Source: Alphaproteobacteria bacterium UBA1185
Lineage (GTDB): Bacteria > Pseudomonadota > Alphaproteobacteria > Rs-D84
Assembly (NCBI GenBank): GCA_002310415.1
Contig: DBYN01000001.1
Span: forward strand, 4,332-68,331
Direction: 5' to 3'
DNA: 64,000 nt
Within the stretch, counting starts at the first letter, position 1; the number at the start of each line of letters is the position of its first letter. Under the pieces are notes generated by a model. That model was given only the letters and a program-made list of their open reading frames with translations, was not told the origin of the DNA and made no database searches. A program made the translations under genes and the position numbers. Shown one piece after another: positions 49,752-59,800 of this stretch.

Positions 49752-49781
49752 AATAAAAAACACCGCAAAAAATGCGGTGTT
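49752..49781 (-). terminator. Rho-independent terminator downstream of rplI
   Basis: The minus strand reads ACACCGCA-TTTTT-TGCGGTGT followed by a T run. Confidence 0.8.
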
Positions 49782-49805
49782 GTGAAATTGTTCACTGTTA
49801 CTAAA

Positions 49806-50402
49806 TTATTCTGCAACAGTTTCTTGTTTTGATTCTGCTTCCACAGATTCAGTTTTTTCTGTTGCTTTTTCTTCAACAACCTCTTCCACTGGTCCTTCAA
49901 CTTTTTTGGTTCCAAAAGTCAATTTTTTACCCGCAACCAACGCATCAATTTCATCTTGAGATTGTGCAACATAAACCTTTACATCAACGATAACATCTGG
50001 ATGCAAAGCAATTTTTGTGTCGAACACACCCACAGATTTAATTGGAGAACCCAACATAACCTGAGCAGAACCGACATTAACACCCGCGATTTCTTTCAAC
50101 GCAACAGCGATATCACGAGAAGATACGGAACCGTACAATTGACCTGTGTCACCAGCTTGACGAATCATATGCAATTTTGCATTTTTAACAACATCAACCT
50201 TGCTTTGTGCATCTGCTTTGGCTTTTTCATGACGAGCAATCAATTCAGCCTTTTGCGCTTCGAACAAAGCAACATTTTCTTTTGTAAAACGCATAGCCTT
50301 GTTGTTTGGCAACAAATAATTACGGGCATAACCGGTTTTAACTTCGACTGTATCGCCGATGTTACCCAATTTTGTAATCTTTTCTGTCAAAATAACTTTC
50401 AT
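49806..50402 (-). CDS. rplI: 50S ribosomal protein L9 with acidic C-terminal extension
   Basis: MKVILTEKITKLGNIGDTVEVKTGYARNYLLPNNKA. An additional ~45-aa E/K/V-rich tail is present. Confidence 0.9.
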   Translation of the reverse strand: MKVILTEKITKLGNIGDTVEVKTGYARNYLLPNNKAMRFTKENVALFEAQKAELIARHEKAKADAQSKVDVVKNAKLHMIRQAGDTGQLYGSVSSRDIAVALKEIAGVNVGSAQVMLGSPIKSVGVFDTKIALHPDVIVDVKVYVAQSQDEIDALVAGKKLTFGTKKVEGPVEEVVEEKATEKTESVEAESKQETVAE

Positions 50403-50456
50403 TTTATCTGTCCTTTATTTTATTAAAGTTAGGGATATAAAAATCCGCCAATCGCA

Positions 50457-50684
50457 TTAACCCAGATTATTGCGAACGAACGGCATTAATCCCAAATGAC
50501 GTGCACGTTTGATGGCTTTTGCCAATGCACGTTGATCTTTCTGAGATACCCCAGAAATACGAGATGGAACGATTTTTCCACGTTCTGTAATATAGTGAGA
50601 CAATAATTTTACATCTTTGTAATCAATAACCTTGCCCTTTAACGGATTAGATTTTTTACGATAAATTGCTGCACGAACTGCCAT
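50457..50684 (-). CDS. rpsR: 30S ribosomal protein S18
   Basis: [50 protein letters not shown]. Confidence 0.95.
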   Translation of the reverse strand: MAVRAAIYRKKSNPLKGKVIDYKDVKLLSHYITERGKIVPSRISGVSQKDQRALAKAIKRARHLGLMPFVRNNLG

Positions 50685-51025
50685 TATGCCACCTCTTCTT
50701 CTGTATTTTTCTTCATCATAATGGACGGTGTTTTAGATAATTCTTCAACACGAACGTTCAAGAAACGAATAACATCTTCATCAATTCTGGAACGACGTTC
50801 CAATTCAGTAATTTGAGAACCAGGCAATTCAACATTCAACATCACATAATGTGCTTTGCGATTCTTGCGAATTACATAAGCCAGATTTTTCAATCCCCAA
50901 AATTCTGTGGATTTTACATCGCCACCCAATTCTTTGATAATTTCTGTAAACTTTGCCGCCTTGTCTTTTACTTGCGGTTCAGTCAAATCTTGGCGAAAAA
51001 CCAAGACACTTTCATAATAAGCCAT
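50684..51025 (-). CDS. rpsF: 30S ribosomal protein S6
   Basis: [14 protein letters not shown]...[23 protein letters not shown]. The stop overlaps the rpsR start. Confidence 0.9.
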   Translation of the reverse strand: MAYYESVLVFRQDLTEPQVKDKAAKFTEIIKELGGDVKSTEFWGLKNLAYVIRKNRKAHYVMLNVELPGSQITELERRSRIDEDVIRFLNVRVEELSKTPSIMMKKNTEEEVA

Positions 51026-51180
51026 TTTATTTCCTTTGGTTTATAACAGCCAATGACCCCATGCCATCAGCAGGAACAAACCACATTATGCAGATTTTTT
51101 ATAAAAATGCAAGTTTTTTTACAAATATGTATTAAATCTCTATTGACATAAACCTTTAAATTTTACTACCATTTCATTGA

Positions 51181-52344
51181 ATGAGGGATTTAATGATGAA
51201 GAAATTTCACAGAAATCTTAATATAATGTCCATTTTCACAGCATTATTGTTGGTTGGTATTTTGCTGTTTTGGCACACGTTTATGAATATCGCTATATCT
51301 AATATCTTGTTAAATGGCATTATTATCGGCACAACGATTTTCGGCATCGGGTTGTGTTTTGTAAACATTTTTAATTTATTACCCGAATATAAATGGTTAC
51401 ATGCATATTTTGACGGACGCGCAGATTCTGGTTTTATACCAAAATTATTGCGTCCTATTGCCTTGGCTTTACACAACAGACACGTGCATATTACTACAAC
51501 CAATTTAACAGAATTATTAGATTTGGTTTCTATACGAATTGAAGACGAACGTGATTCTGTAAGATATGTTACCAATACATTGATTTTTTTGGGATTGCTT
51601 GGCACATTTTGGGGATTGATTTTAACAGTTGGTGGATTTGCAGATTTGTTAATGCACTTGGATTTTGATGATTCTGCGGTTTTGAATAATATGCAAATGG
51701 GAATGGCGAAACCATTAGCTGGTATGGCAACCGCATTTACGAGTTCCTTACTTGGTCTTGCGGGCAGTTTGGTTGTTGGATTTTTGGGTCTGCAGTTACA
51801 ATTTGCACAAAATACTATTTTTCAAGATTTAACCGATTTAATGTCAAAGTATGTTTTAAAACGTCCAGATATGGGTGAAAAAGCAATGGAGTTATCAGAA
51901 AAAGCCCCCGTAACAGAAGGGATATACGAAAAAATATCCAACATATACGACATATTCACGAATAACGGGTATGAAATATGTGATTTAATACGAATTGATG
52001 GAAAACATCCCGCGGTCGTTGCATTGGGCAATAATGAAACCTTGTTCATCGGAACAACGGGTGTTGATAACGAAACATTGAAAAACACGTTAAAACGAAT
52101 CGAATTGTGTTTTGCAGATACACTGGAAGGAATCAAAATAAACACTAAAATATTATGCATATCAGGAAACAAAGAAACTGTCGATGACAATATTATGCAT
52201 TTTGTTTCCGCTGGAACAATGCGCAAATACATGGAACAACACAAAAACGTTCGCCCACAAACAAAACAAGATTGGGAAACATTTGATGCGTATGCTGAAT
52301 ACATTCGCATAGCAATTGAATACTTGTTTAAACCAAATAAATAA
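51181..52344 (+). CDS. MotA/TolQ/ExbB-family proton-channel protein with ~170-aa C-terminal soluble extension
   Basis: Four predicted TMs. Family-typical LIFLGLLGTFWGL and GMATAFTSSLLGLAGSLVVGF are present. A C-terminal domain of unknown family is unusual for TolQ/ExbB/MotA. Confidence 0.7.
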   Translation: MRDLMMKKFHRNLNIMSIFTALLLVGILLFWHTFMNIAISNILLNGIIIGTTIFGIGLCFVNIFNLLPEYKWLHAYFDGRADSGFIPKLLRPIALALHNRHVHITTTNLTELLDLVSIRIEDERDSVRYVTNTLIFLGLLGTFWGLILTVGGFADLLMHLDFDDSAVLNNMQMGMAKPLAGMATAFTSSLLGLAGSLVVGFLGLQLQFAQNTIFQDLTDLMSKYVLKRPDMGEKAMELSEKAPVTEGIYEKISNIYDIFTNNGYEICDLIRIDGKHPAVVALGNNETLFIGTTGVDNETLKNTLKRIELCFADTLEGIKINTKILCISGNKETVDDNIMHFVSAGTMRKYMEQHKNVRPQTKQDWETFDAYAEYIRIAIEYLFKPNK

Positions 52345-52364
52345 ATATTTAAAGGAGAGAGACA

Positions 52365-53522
52365 ATGATGAATATACGCTTTCGTGAAAAAACAAATGCA
52401 TGGCCGGGCTTTGTAGATTTGTTTTCAAATCTGGTTATTATTTTGATTTTCTTATTAATTGTGTTTGTATTTTTATGGACAACGACCAGTGTATTTAATA
52501 AGCATTCTGACGCCCAAAAAGTTGCCGCATTGGAACAAGCAACACAAGAACAAGCGGAACAAATTGTTCAAATGCAAGCGGATGACGAAACTGCCACACA
52601 ACTTTTATTACAGGCACGTGATGCATTGGAAAATCAAGAGGCAGAAAAAGCACAAATGGCTGACACTTTTGAAAAACAAAAGGAAGATATTGCCAATGCT
52701 TATGAACAACAACTTTCTGAATTAGAAGGTCAAAAGGTTGATATTGCAAAAGATTATGAAAATCAAATTGCAGAATTAACTGCGACACAACAAGCAATGT
52801 CTGATGAAATTGCAGAATTAAAGCAACAATTGGAACAAGCCACAATTTCCAAAAGCGAATTGGAGAAAATGGAGGCAGAACGCCATGATATGACCGATAA
52901 ATTGTTGGCTGAAAAGACCGAATTAAACAATCAAATTAACGAATTAACCGCTAAATTGGACAAGGCCGAACAATTAGCCAAACAGCAGGACGTAGAATAT
53001 GTCGAAATGTCGAATCGGTTAAACAAAGCATTAGCTGATAAAATCGCAGAATTAAACACAATGGCACAGTATCAATCTGCATTCTATAAACAGGTCAAAG
53101 ATGCACTGGGTGACAGAACAACAATCAAACAAGAAGGCGACAGATTTATCGTATCCAGCGATATTTTATTCCCCAGTGGTTCGTACAAAATATCAGCAGA
53201 TGGTAAAAAACAGTTGAAATTGTTGGCGAACATAATCAAAGAATTTGAAGAAAAAATTCCAACTGATATTGATTGGATAATTCGCGTTGACGGACATACT
53301 GATAACAAGGCTGTTGTTGCCGGCACACCGGGGTACAAAGATAACATGCAATTATCATTATTACGTGCAACTGCTGTTACAAACGAATTGGTTAAAAACG
53401 GTGTATCGAAAAGACGCTTGGTTCCATCTGGATTTGGTGAATTGCACCCGATTGCTTTGGGTGATGATCCCGCAGATTTACAGAAAAACCGTCGTATAGA
53501 ATTGCAATTAACAAACAAATAA
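52365..53522 (+). CDS. MotB/OmpA-like protein with long coiled-coil linker
   Basis: The N-terminal AWPGFVDLFSNLVIILIFLLIV is a MotB-type TM plug region. About 190 aa of Q/E/K/L-rich coiled coil follow. The C-terminal OmpA-like domain is IRVDGHTDN..LSLLRATAV..GFGELHP..NRRIELQL. Confidence 0.75.
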   Translation: MMNIRFREKTNAWPGFVDLFSNLVIILIFLLIVFVFLWTTTSVFNKHSDAQKVAALEQATQEQAEQIVQMQADDETATQLLLQARDALENQEAEKAQMADTFEKQKEDIANAYEQQLSELEGQKVDIAKDYENQIAELTATQQAMSDEIAELKQQLEQATISKSELEKMEAERHDMTDKLLAEKTELNNQINELTAKLDKAEQLAKQQDVEYVEMSNRLNKALADKIAELNTMAQYQSAFYKQVKDALGDRTTIKQEGDRFIVSSDILFPSGSYKISADGKKQLKLLANIIKEFEEKIPTDIDWIIRVDGHTDNKAVVAGTPGYKDNMQLSLLRATAVTNELVKNGVSKRRLVPSGFGELHPIALGDDPADLQKNRRIELQLTNK

Positions 53523-53523
53523 C

Positions 53524-53557
53524 AAAAAAACACCGCCAAATTGGCGGTGTTTTTTTG
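53524..53557. terminator. Bidirectional rho-independent terminator
   Basis: A run, then CACCGCC-AAATT-GGCGGTG, then a T run, between convergent genes. Confidence 0.8.
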
Positions 53558-53571
53558 GTATGTCGTTTATA

Positions 53572-54198
53572 TTAACGACTAAATTTACCTTTTTGTTGAT
53601 AATATCTTTTAACGTTAATTATCGATGGAACACTATTGCATACCGCGCGCACTGTTGCGGTATTGCCTTTACCAGCGATAATTTTGTCTATTTGGCAACT
53701 AGGAAACTTCCTTTCCAAGCCAGCACGACCGTATATCGGTTCTTTTTTGACTGAGAATTCGCATTTGCCATTTTTAAACTTAGCGCCTAAATCCAAACAA
53801 ATATCTTTCAAGTTTTTAAGCTTGTCGCATCTAACCATTCTGTTATCATCTTCTGGGTTATCGCACCAAATGCCACTTGCCTTCATTTCGCGTAATATAT
53901 CATACTTTTTATATGGATTGCATTTTTTACCCAATTGTTTCAGCGATTCTACTAAATACTGATTATTGCATGGATTGTCCGAACTAGCTAAAAATTTTTC
54001 TTCCTCTTCAAGCTCTTTTCTTTCCTCCATATCACGTTCCCATGCGTACATTCCTAAATCTTCGACCCAGGTATCACCACGCTCTACATCTGAATCATCA
54101 CAACGATCACAAATAACCACACAAATAATCAAAAGAAGGAACAATCCCATACCGGCACAACCAAGTCCAGCATTTTTCGATTTTTCTTGATTTTTCAT
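53572..54198 (-). CDS. N-terminally anchored cysteine-rich protein, unknown family
   Basis: TM segment GLGCAGMGLFLLLIICVVIC, an acidic stretch (EERKELEEEEK), then spaced cysteines (PCNNQY..KKCNPY..IWCDNP..VRCDKL..ICLDLG..GKCEF..PSCQ..AVCNS). Confidence 0.6.
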   Translation of the reverse strand: MKNQEKSKNAGLGCAGMGLFLLLIICVVICDRCDDSDVERGDTWVEDLGMYAWERDMEERKELEEEEKFLASSDNPCNNQYLVESLKQLGKKCNPYKKYDILREMKASGIWCDNPEDDNRMVRCDKLKNLKDICLDLGAKFKNGKCEFSVKKEPIYGRAGLERKFPSCQIDKIIAGKGNTATVRAVCNSVPSIINVKRYYQQKGKFSR

Positions 54199-54310
54199 TT
54201 TTTTACCTTTAGTTTATTTTGTTATTTTCAGGGCGTTACCCCTCTATCGACACAAACAATATAACACAAAAAAAATAAATGTCAATAGGTTCTACAAAAA
54301 AAATCTGTAC

Positions 54311-54346
54311 AAAAAACACCCAGACCTCGTCATACAAAGTCTGGGC
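54311..54346 (-). terminator. Rho-independent terminator downstream of ssb
   Basis: The minus strand reads CCCAGAC-(13-nt loop)-GTCTGGG followed by TGTTTTTT. Confidence 0.55.
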
Positions 54347-54371
54347 ATTTTGCTCTTAGTAATATTAAAAA

Positions 54372-54818
54372 CTAAAACGGAATATCGTCAGCAATATCTT
54401 CTATATGAACCTCTTCACGTGGTTGCGATGCAGTTGCGTTTGAATCTGTGCCACCATCCATCGCCTTTGCACCAGACAAAATAACCATTTGACCAGAATA
54501 AGGATTCAATACGACTTCTGTTGTAAAAGTATCAACCCCTTGCTGATTTTGCCATTTACGGGTACGCAAAGAACCTTCCAAATATAATTTAGTACCCTTT
54601 TGTAACATACGTTCCGCAACATCCACTAAACTTGGGTTAAAAATCACAACGCGATGCCATTCTGTCTGTTCCTTTTGTTCACCTGTCTGCCTGTCGCGCC
54701 ATCTGTCCGACGTAGCCAATGAAAAAGTTACAACTTTTTGACCACTTTGCATCGTACGCACCTGTGGTTCCTGACCAATATTTCCGACTAATATTACTTT
54801 GTTTATACTGCCTGCCAT
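54372..54818 (-). CDS. ssb: Single-stranded DNA-binding protein
   Basis: MAGSINKVILVGNIGQEPQVR is the OB fold, TEWHRVVIF is present, and the acidic tail ends DDIPF. Confidence 0.95.
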   Translation of the reverse strand: MAGSINKVILVGNIGQEPQVRTMQSGQKVVTFSLATSDRWRDRQTGEQKEQTEWHRVVIFNPSLVDVAERMLQKGTKLYLEGSLRTRKWQNQQGVDTFTTEVVLNPYSGQMVILSGAKAMDGGTDSNATASQPREEVHIEDIADDIPF

Positions 54819-54910
54819 TTTTTACTTCCTTTGTTAGACCATAATCAAATGATTGCGAAAAAAAGATATAAACACAAGAAAAAAACGCATCAAAAACGAT
54901 GCGTTAAAAA

Positions 54911-55477
54911 TTATTCTTCTTCGTCTTCTGTTTCTTCAACATCTTCATCTTCTTCAACCGCATTTAAATCAATTTCCTTTGGCACACCCAAAATATCTTC
55001 GATTTTTTCGGATGCCGCATCTAAATCCATTTTATGTAAAACCGCAAATTCTTGTGCCATACGTTCCAACGCACGCAAATATAACTGACGTGCAGAAAAC
55101 GTCATCGTATCAGTTGCTGTCCGCCTTTGCAGGTCACGCACAACCTCTGCCAATTTCATTGGGTCACCAGAATTAATATTTTCTTCATACTGTGCGGCAC
55201 GACGCGCCCAAATCATACGTTTGGCACCTGCTTTACCCTTTGCGGAAGCAATTGCTTCATCCATTTTTTTGACACTAGACAGCGGACGTAATCCAGATAA
55301 TTCAGCACGTTCCAACGGAACACGTAATGTCATATGATTTCTATCAAAATCAATGACCATCATTTTTATTTTCTGGCCACCAATTGTTTGTTCTTCTATA
55401 CGAAGCAATTTACCAACACCTTGGGTTGGATAAACAACATACTGACCAGATTTAAAATCCATTTTTTTTGTCGGCAT
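54911..55477 (-). CDS. carD: CarD-family transcriptional regulator with acidic C-terminal tail
   Basis: FKSGQYVVYPTQGVGKLLRIEEQTIGGQKIKMMVIDF is the CarD/TRCF RID-like N-terminal domain. The tail is poly-Glu/Asp. Confidence 0.85.
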   Translation of the reverse strand: MPTKKMDFKSGQYVVYPTQGVGKLLRIEEQTIGGQKIKMMVIDFDRNHMTLRVPLERAELSGLRPLSSVKKMDEAIASAKGKAGAKRMIWARRAAQYEENINSGDPMKLAEVVRDLQRRTATDTMTFSARQLYLRALERMAQEFAVLHKMDLDAASEKIEDILGVPKEIDLNAVEEDEDVEETEDEEE

Positions 55478-55561
55478 ATCTTACAACTCTTATCTGTTGC
55501 CATTCTCTCATGATACTGATTATAACACAAAAAATTGAAAAAACAAATATTTGACACAAAA

Positions 55562-55984
55562 TTATTGTCCAAGTCCCGCTGGCGAAAAACGTCCAATATT
55601 ATTAAACAATTCTTCCAAAGCATTTAACTCTATGGCCGCAGGTATATCAGTTTCGCCTTTTGCCATTTTAATATCTTTCAAATCATCATCATGTAAAACC
55701 TGAGTTTTTACAATTTGATTACCTTTTACCCACACCAACAGTGCAGTTTTATTGTCATATTTTACCGGCAAAGGCCCACGCATAGTTTCATCCGCCCCGT
55801 AATATACCCAAACTTCATCGCCATGAACAGTTTTGACTTGTGGGTCACCAATAGAATCTTGCAATTGAGTAGTTGTCTTTATAGCCACCAATTTATCATC
55901 TAAATCATCTGGGAAAACATACCCACGATGCTTCGTTTGACAGGCACACAAAACCAACAACACAAATAATAAAATTTTTTTCAT
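55562..55984 (-). CDS. bamE: Outer membrane protein assembly factor BamE (SmpA/OmlA family lipoprotein)
   Basis: Lipobox LLVLCAC. HRGYVFPDD..L..I..TTQLQDSIGDPQVKT..GDEVWVYY is the BamE pattern. Confidence 0.7.
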   Translation of the reverse strand: MKKILLFVLLVLCACQTKHRGYVFPDDLDDKLVAIKTTTQLQDSIGDPQVKTVHGDEVWVYYGADETMRGPLPVKYDNKTALLVWVKGNQIVKTQVLHDDDLKDIKMAKGETDIPAAIELNALEELFNNIGRFSPAGLGQ

Positions 55985-56874
55985 TTTTCTTTATCCTTTG
56001 CATTCATACATTTAAGAACATTTTCTGTTTCTATTTGTTTCAGTACATTACTTTGATATTCTGTTGAATTTAGTAACTTATCCGCATCCATACCAATTTC
56101 TTTCGCTAATTCTTTGACAAACCATTGTTTACCAAATTTAATATTACGGTATAATTCTAAAAATTTTTGTGTTGCAGAAACGCGTGATAAATTGGATGTT
56201 AACCGAATGTGTTCAACAACCGCCCTAACCCACAAATAAGATGACATATATGATGGCTGAAAAGAACACGTCATATGTGGAACACTATCAGAAAACTCAA
56301 TGCTGCTTAATAATTCATTTGCAGTATATATTTTATTCATTGAACGCATAGCACCAACATGAATCGGATTTTTTTTATCATATTCCATAACATACCATGG
56401 AACCAATTCCGCAAAACCTTCCCCAAACATTTGAGCATCTGAACCAAACAAGTGTTGTATTAAATGCGCATATTCATGTATGTTGTTTATGTGCTGTTCC
56501 ATACTAATTGGTCTATCCGAAATCAACAAATTTTGACTTGAACCATACGCGGTATTAAATCCGTCCATATCATAGCAATCCACAGGTCTGCCCCCACCTT
56601 TTCTATCTTTATATGGATACCGCAACAATTCTGCAAAATTTTCATCTGGAACAATATACAAATAAAATATAGGTTTTGCGTTTGCAGGATATCTTATTTG
56701 CATCTTGTTCAATTCGTTAATGCATTTTTTATGCTCTGCAATTTGTATATCATAGCGCCCCGCATCAAAATTCTTTGCGATATCAGATGACATACGCGCA
56801 CAAAACACCCCGTCAATAATCACACGATATTCAGATTCTTTTATATAGTCTCGCAAAGCATCATGTGTTTGCAT
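55981..56874 (-). CDS. Putative gluzincin-type metallopeptidase (HExxH ... EGFAE), unknown family
   Basis: HEYAHLIQHLFGSDAQMFGEGFAE gives an HExxH with a downstream E-G-F-A-E third-ligand context. No signal peptide. The stop overlaps the bamE start by 4 nt, and the gene begins 3 nt after the PFOR stop. Confidence 0.5.
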   Translation of the reverse strand: MQTHDALRDYIKESEYRVIIDGVFCARMSSDIAKNFDAGRYDIQIAEHKKCINELNKMQIRYPANAKPIFYLYIVPDENFAELLRYPYKDRKGGGRPVDCYDMDGFNTAYGSSQNLLISDRPISMEQHINNIHEYAHLIQHLFGSDAQMFGEGFAELVPWYVMEYDKKNPIHVGAMRSMNKIYTANELLSSIEFSDSVPHMTCSFQPSYMSSYLWVRAVVEHIRLTSNLSRVSATQKFLELYRNIKFGKQWFVKELAKEIGMDADKLLNSTEYQSNVLKQIETENVLKCMNAKDKEK

Positions 56875-56877
56875 AAA

Positions 56878-59800
56878 TCAACCCTCCCCATTATCTTTTT
56901 TTACTTTGACTGCAAAATTAGCAATATGTTGTTTTAATTCCACTTTGTATAAATTGTTAGATTTTGCTTGTTCCACCAACTTGTCAAAATTCGGGTTCAC
57001 AGACCGAGCAGCAGCAAATCGTGTTTCAGATTTCATAAATTCTTCCAATGGGAATGGTGTATCAACACACGAATCCATCGTCAAAGGATTTTTCCCATCA
57101 CTTATAACAGATGGATTAAATCTGAACAACGGCCATGCCCCCGTATTAACTAAATTTATTTGATGTTCAACTGCATTCTGCAATGCAAATCCATGTGCTA
57201 TACATGGCGCATACGCCAAAATAATAGATGGACCGTCAAACTCTTCCGCTTCTTTAAATGCACGTATTGCCTGTGCCTGGTTTGCCCCCAATGCAATTTG
57301 CGCCACATATGCCCCAGACATCATCGCAATCAACCCCAAATCTTTTTTAGCATGCGTTTTGCCACCAATCGCAAATTTCATAGATGCACCAAACGGCGTA
57401 GATTTAGATTGCTGACCACCAGTATTTGAATACCCTTCTGTATCCAATACCAAAATATTAACATTTTCACCACTGTGCAAAATATGATCCAAACCACCAT
57501 AACCAATATCGTATGCCCAACCATCACCCCCAACAATCCATACAGATTTATCAACAATTGCATCTAATAAACTTTCTGCATACCTGGCACGATTATCGGA
57601 TATTTGTGATAATTGTTTCTGTAAATCCCGCATAATCTGGCGTTGGTTACCGACATTCTTTTCTGCAAACAAAGATTCTACATTTGAAATATTCAATTCA
57701 AACAAAACACTTCTTAATGCAGAACGCTTTTGGTTCAAAGCGATTCGCATACCTAAACCATATTCTGCATTATCTTCGAACAAAGAATTAGACCATGCTG
57801 GTCCGCGCCCATTTTCATCACATGTCCATGGTGTAGTTGGCAAATTTCCACCATAAATAGATGAACAACCAGTCGCATTTGCAACAACCATTTTGTCACC
57901 AAACAATTGCGCCATCAAACGAATATACGGCGTTTCGCCACATCCCGAACACGCACCTGGAAATTCAAAATAATGTGGCAACAATTCAACATGCTTTGGA
58001 ATATTTAAATTTAATTTTTGTTTATCTATATCCGGAATTTTTAAAGCCAAATCAAAAGGCTTCTGATTTTTAATTCCATCTTTCATAGGTATCAAAGAAA
58101 TCGCCTCTACTGGACAATTCTTCATACATAAACCGCATCCAGTACAATCGGACGGCGATATGTTTAAAGTATAAAATAAATCAGCACCCAATTCAGGCGT
58201 TTTCATAGGAACAACCACAATACCATTTTTTTGTGCCTTTTCCATATCTGTTTTATTCATAACCTTGATACGAATTGCACCATGCGGGCAAAGCATAGAA
58301 CATTTTCCACACTGAATACATTTGCTTAAATCACAATTTGCGACACGTGTTGCCAGCGCACGTTTTTCATATTTAGCGGTTCCAACAGGATATTGTCCTG
58401 CCCCAAAATTTCCATCAATTTTAAACCTGGATACAGGTATATCATCGCCACGTCCAGCCGCCATTTCACCCAAAGTGCCAGCAATTTCAGTGGGTGTATC
58501 CAATGTCATAGCCGGTATAAAATCAGGTGCCAATTCAGAAACAGAAGATGGAAAATCATATTTTGTTAAATAAGTGTCTGCCCTGTCCACTGCATCCCAG
58601 TTTGCTTGAACAACATCCATACCTTTCTTTTTGTACGTTTTTTCTATTGCAGATTTTGCGGCATCTTTTGCAACATTCACATCTATGACATTTGTTAAAT
58701 TAAAGAAATTTAACATAATGAAAGTATTTATTCGATTACCCAACCCCAATTCATTTGCCGCCCGATTAGCATCCAGAAAATATAAATTTGCTCGCATACG
58801 AATCAGATGCTCTTGGGCAGATTTGGGCAAATTTATGAATGCCTCATCTGGATTCATAGACGTATTTATCATAACCGTTCCACCTGGACGCAAAGCACTA
58901 AACACATCAAATCTTTGTGCAATCATAAAATTAGAAACACAAATAAAATCGGCAGATTCCACTAAATACTCACTTTTTATTGGCTTGTGCGAAAATCTGA
59001 TATGAGACTGCGTTACCCCACCAGATTTCTTGGAATCGTACACCGCATAAGATTGCGGATATAAATCAGAATTTTCCCCGACAATTTTAACAATATTTTT
59101 AACCGCACCGACCGTCCCATCACTGCCAATTCCATATAAAATCGCTGTTTTGACATCTGGGTTTTCAATTGTAAAAGATTTGTCAGTATTCAAAGACAAA
59201 TGCGTTAAATCGTCATCTATACCCACAGTAAAATTATGATGTAATTCACCACGCATCATATATTCAACGATTGCTTTGACATCACGCGGTTTAAATTCTT
59301 TTGACCCCAAACCATAACGTCCACCAAATACAGCAATTTTTGAATCAACAATTGCCCGAACATTTTGATATAGCGGCTCACCTATTGAACCCGCCTCTTT
59401 TGTTCTGTCCAATACAGCAATTTGTTGTACTGAATGTGGCAAAGCCTTTAAAAACGCTTTGACAGGAAATGGATTGAATAAATGAATTCGCATTAACCCA
59501 ACCCCTGCTGGTAAAAAATTCAAAGTCTCTTCAATTGTTTCACAACTTGACCCCATTGCAACAATCACATACTTTGCGTTTTTATCACCTACATAATGCA
59601 CCAATCCATATTTACGACCTGTTAATTTGGCAAATTCATCCATGCAATTTTGAACAATATCTGGAACATTATCATATAGCGAATTAGCAGCCTCTCGACT
59701 TTGGAAATAAACATCTGGATTTTGAGCAGTTCCCCGAATTTTTGGTTTTTCAGGATTCATACCGCGCGCACGATTTTGTGCAACCAGGTCATCTGGAATC

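Noticed and set aside
49678-49805. Looked for a CIRCE (TTAGCACTC-N9-GAGTGCTAA) operator upstream of groES
   Set aside because: No such inverted repeat is present. Only a CTTGAAA...TATATTT sigma32-like promoter and the rplI terminator are visible.
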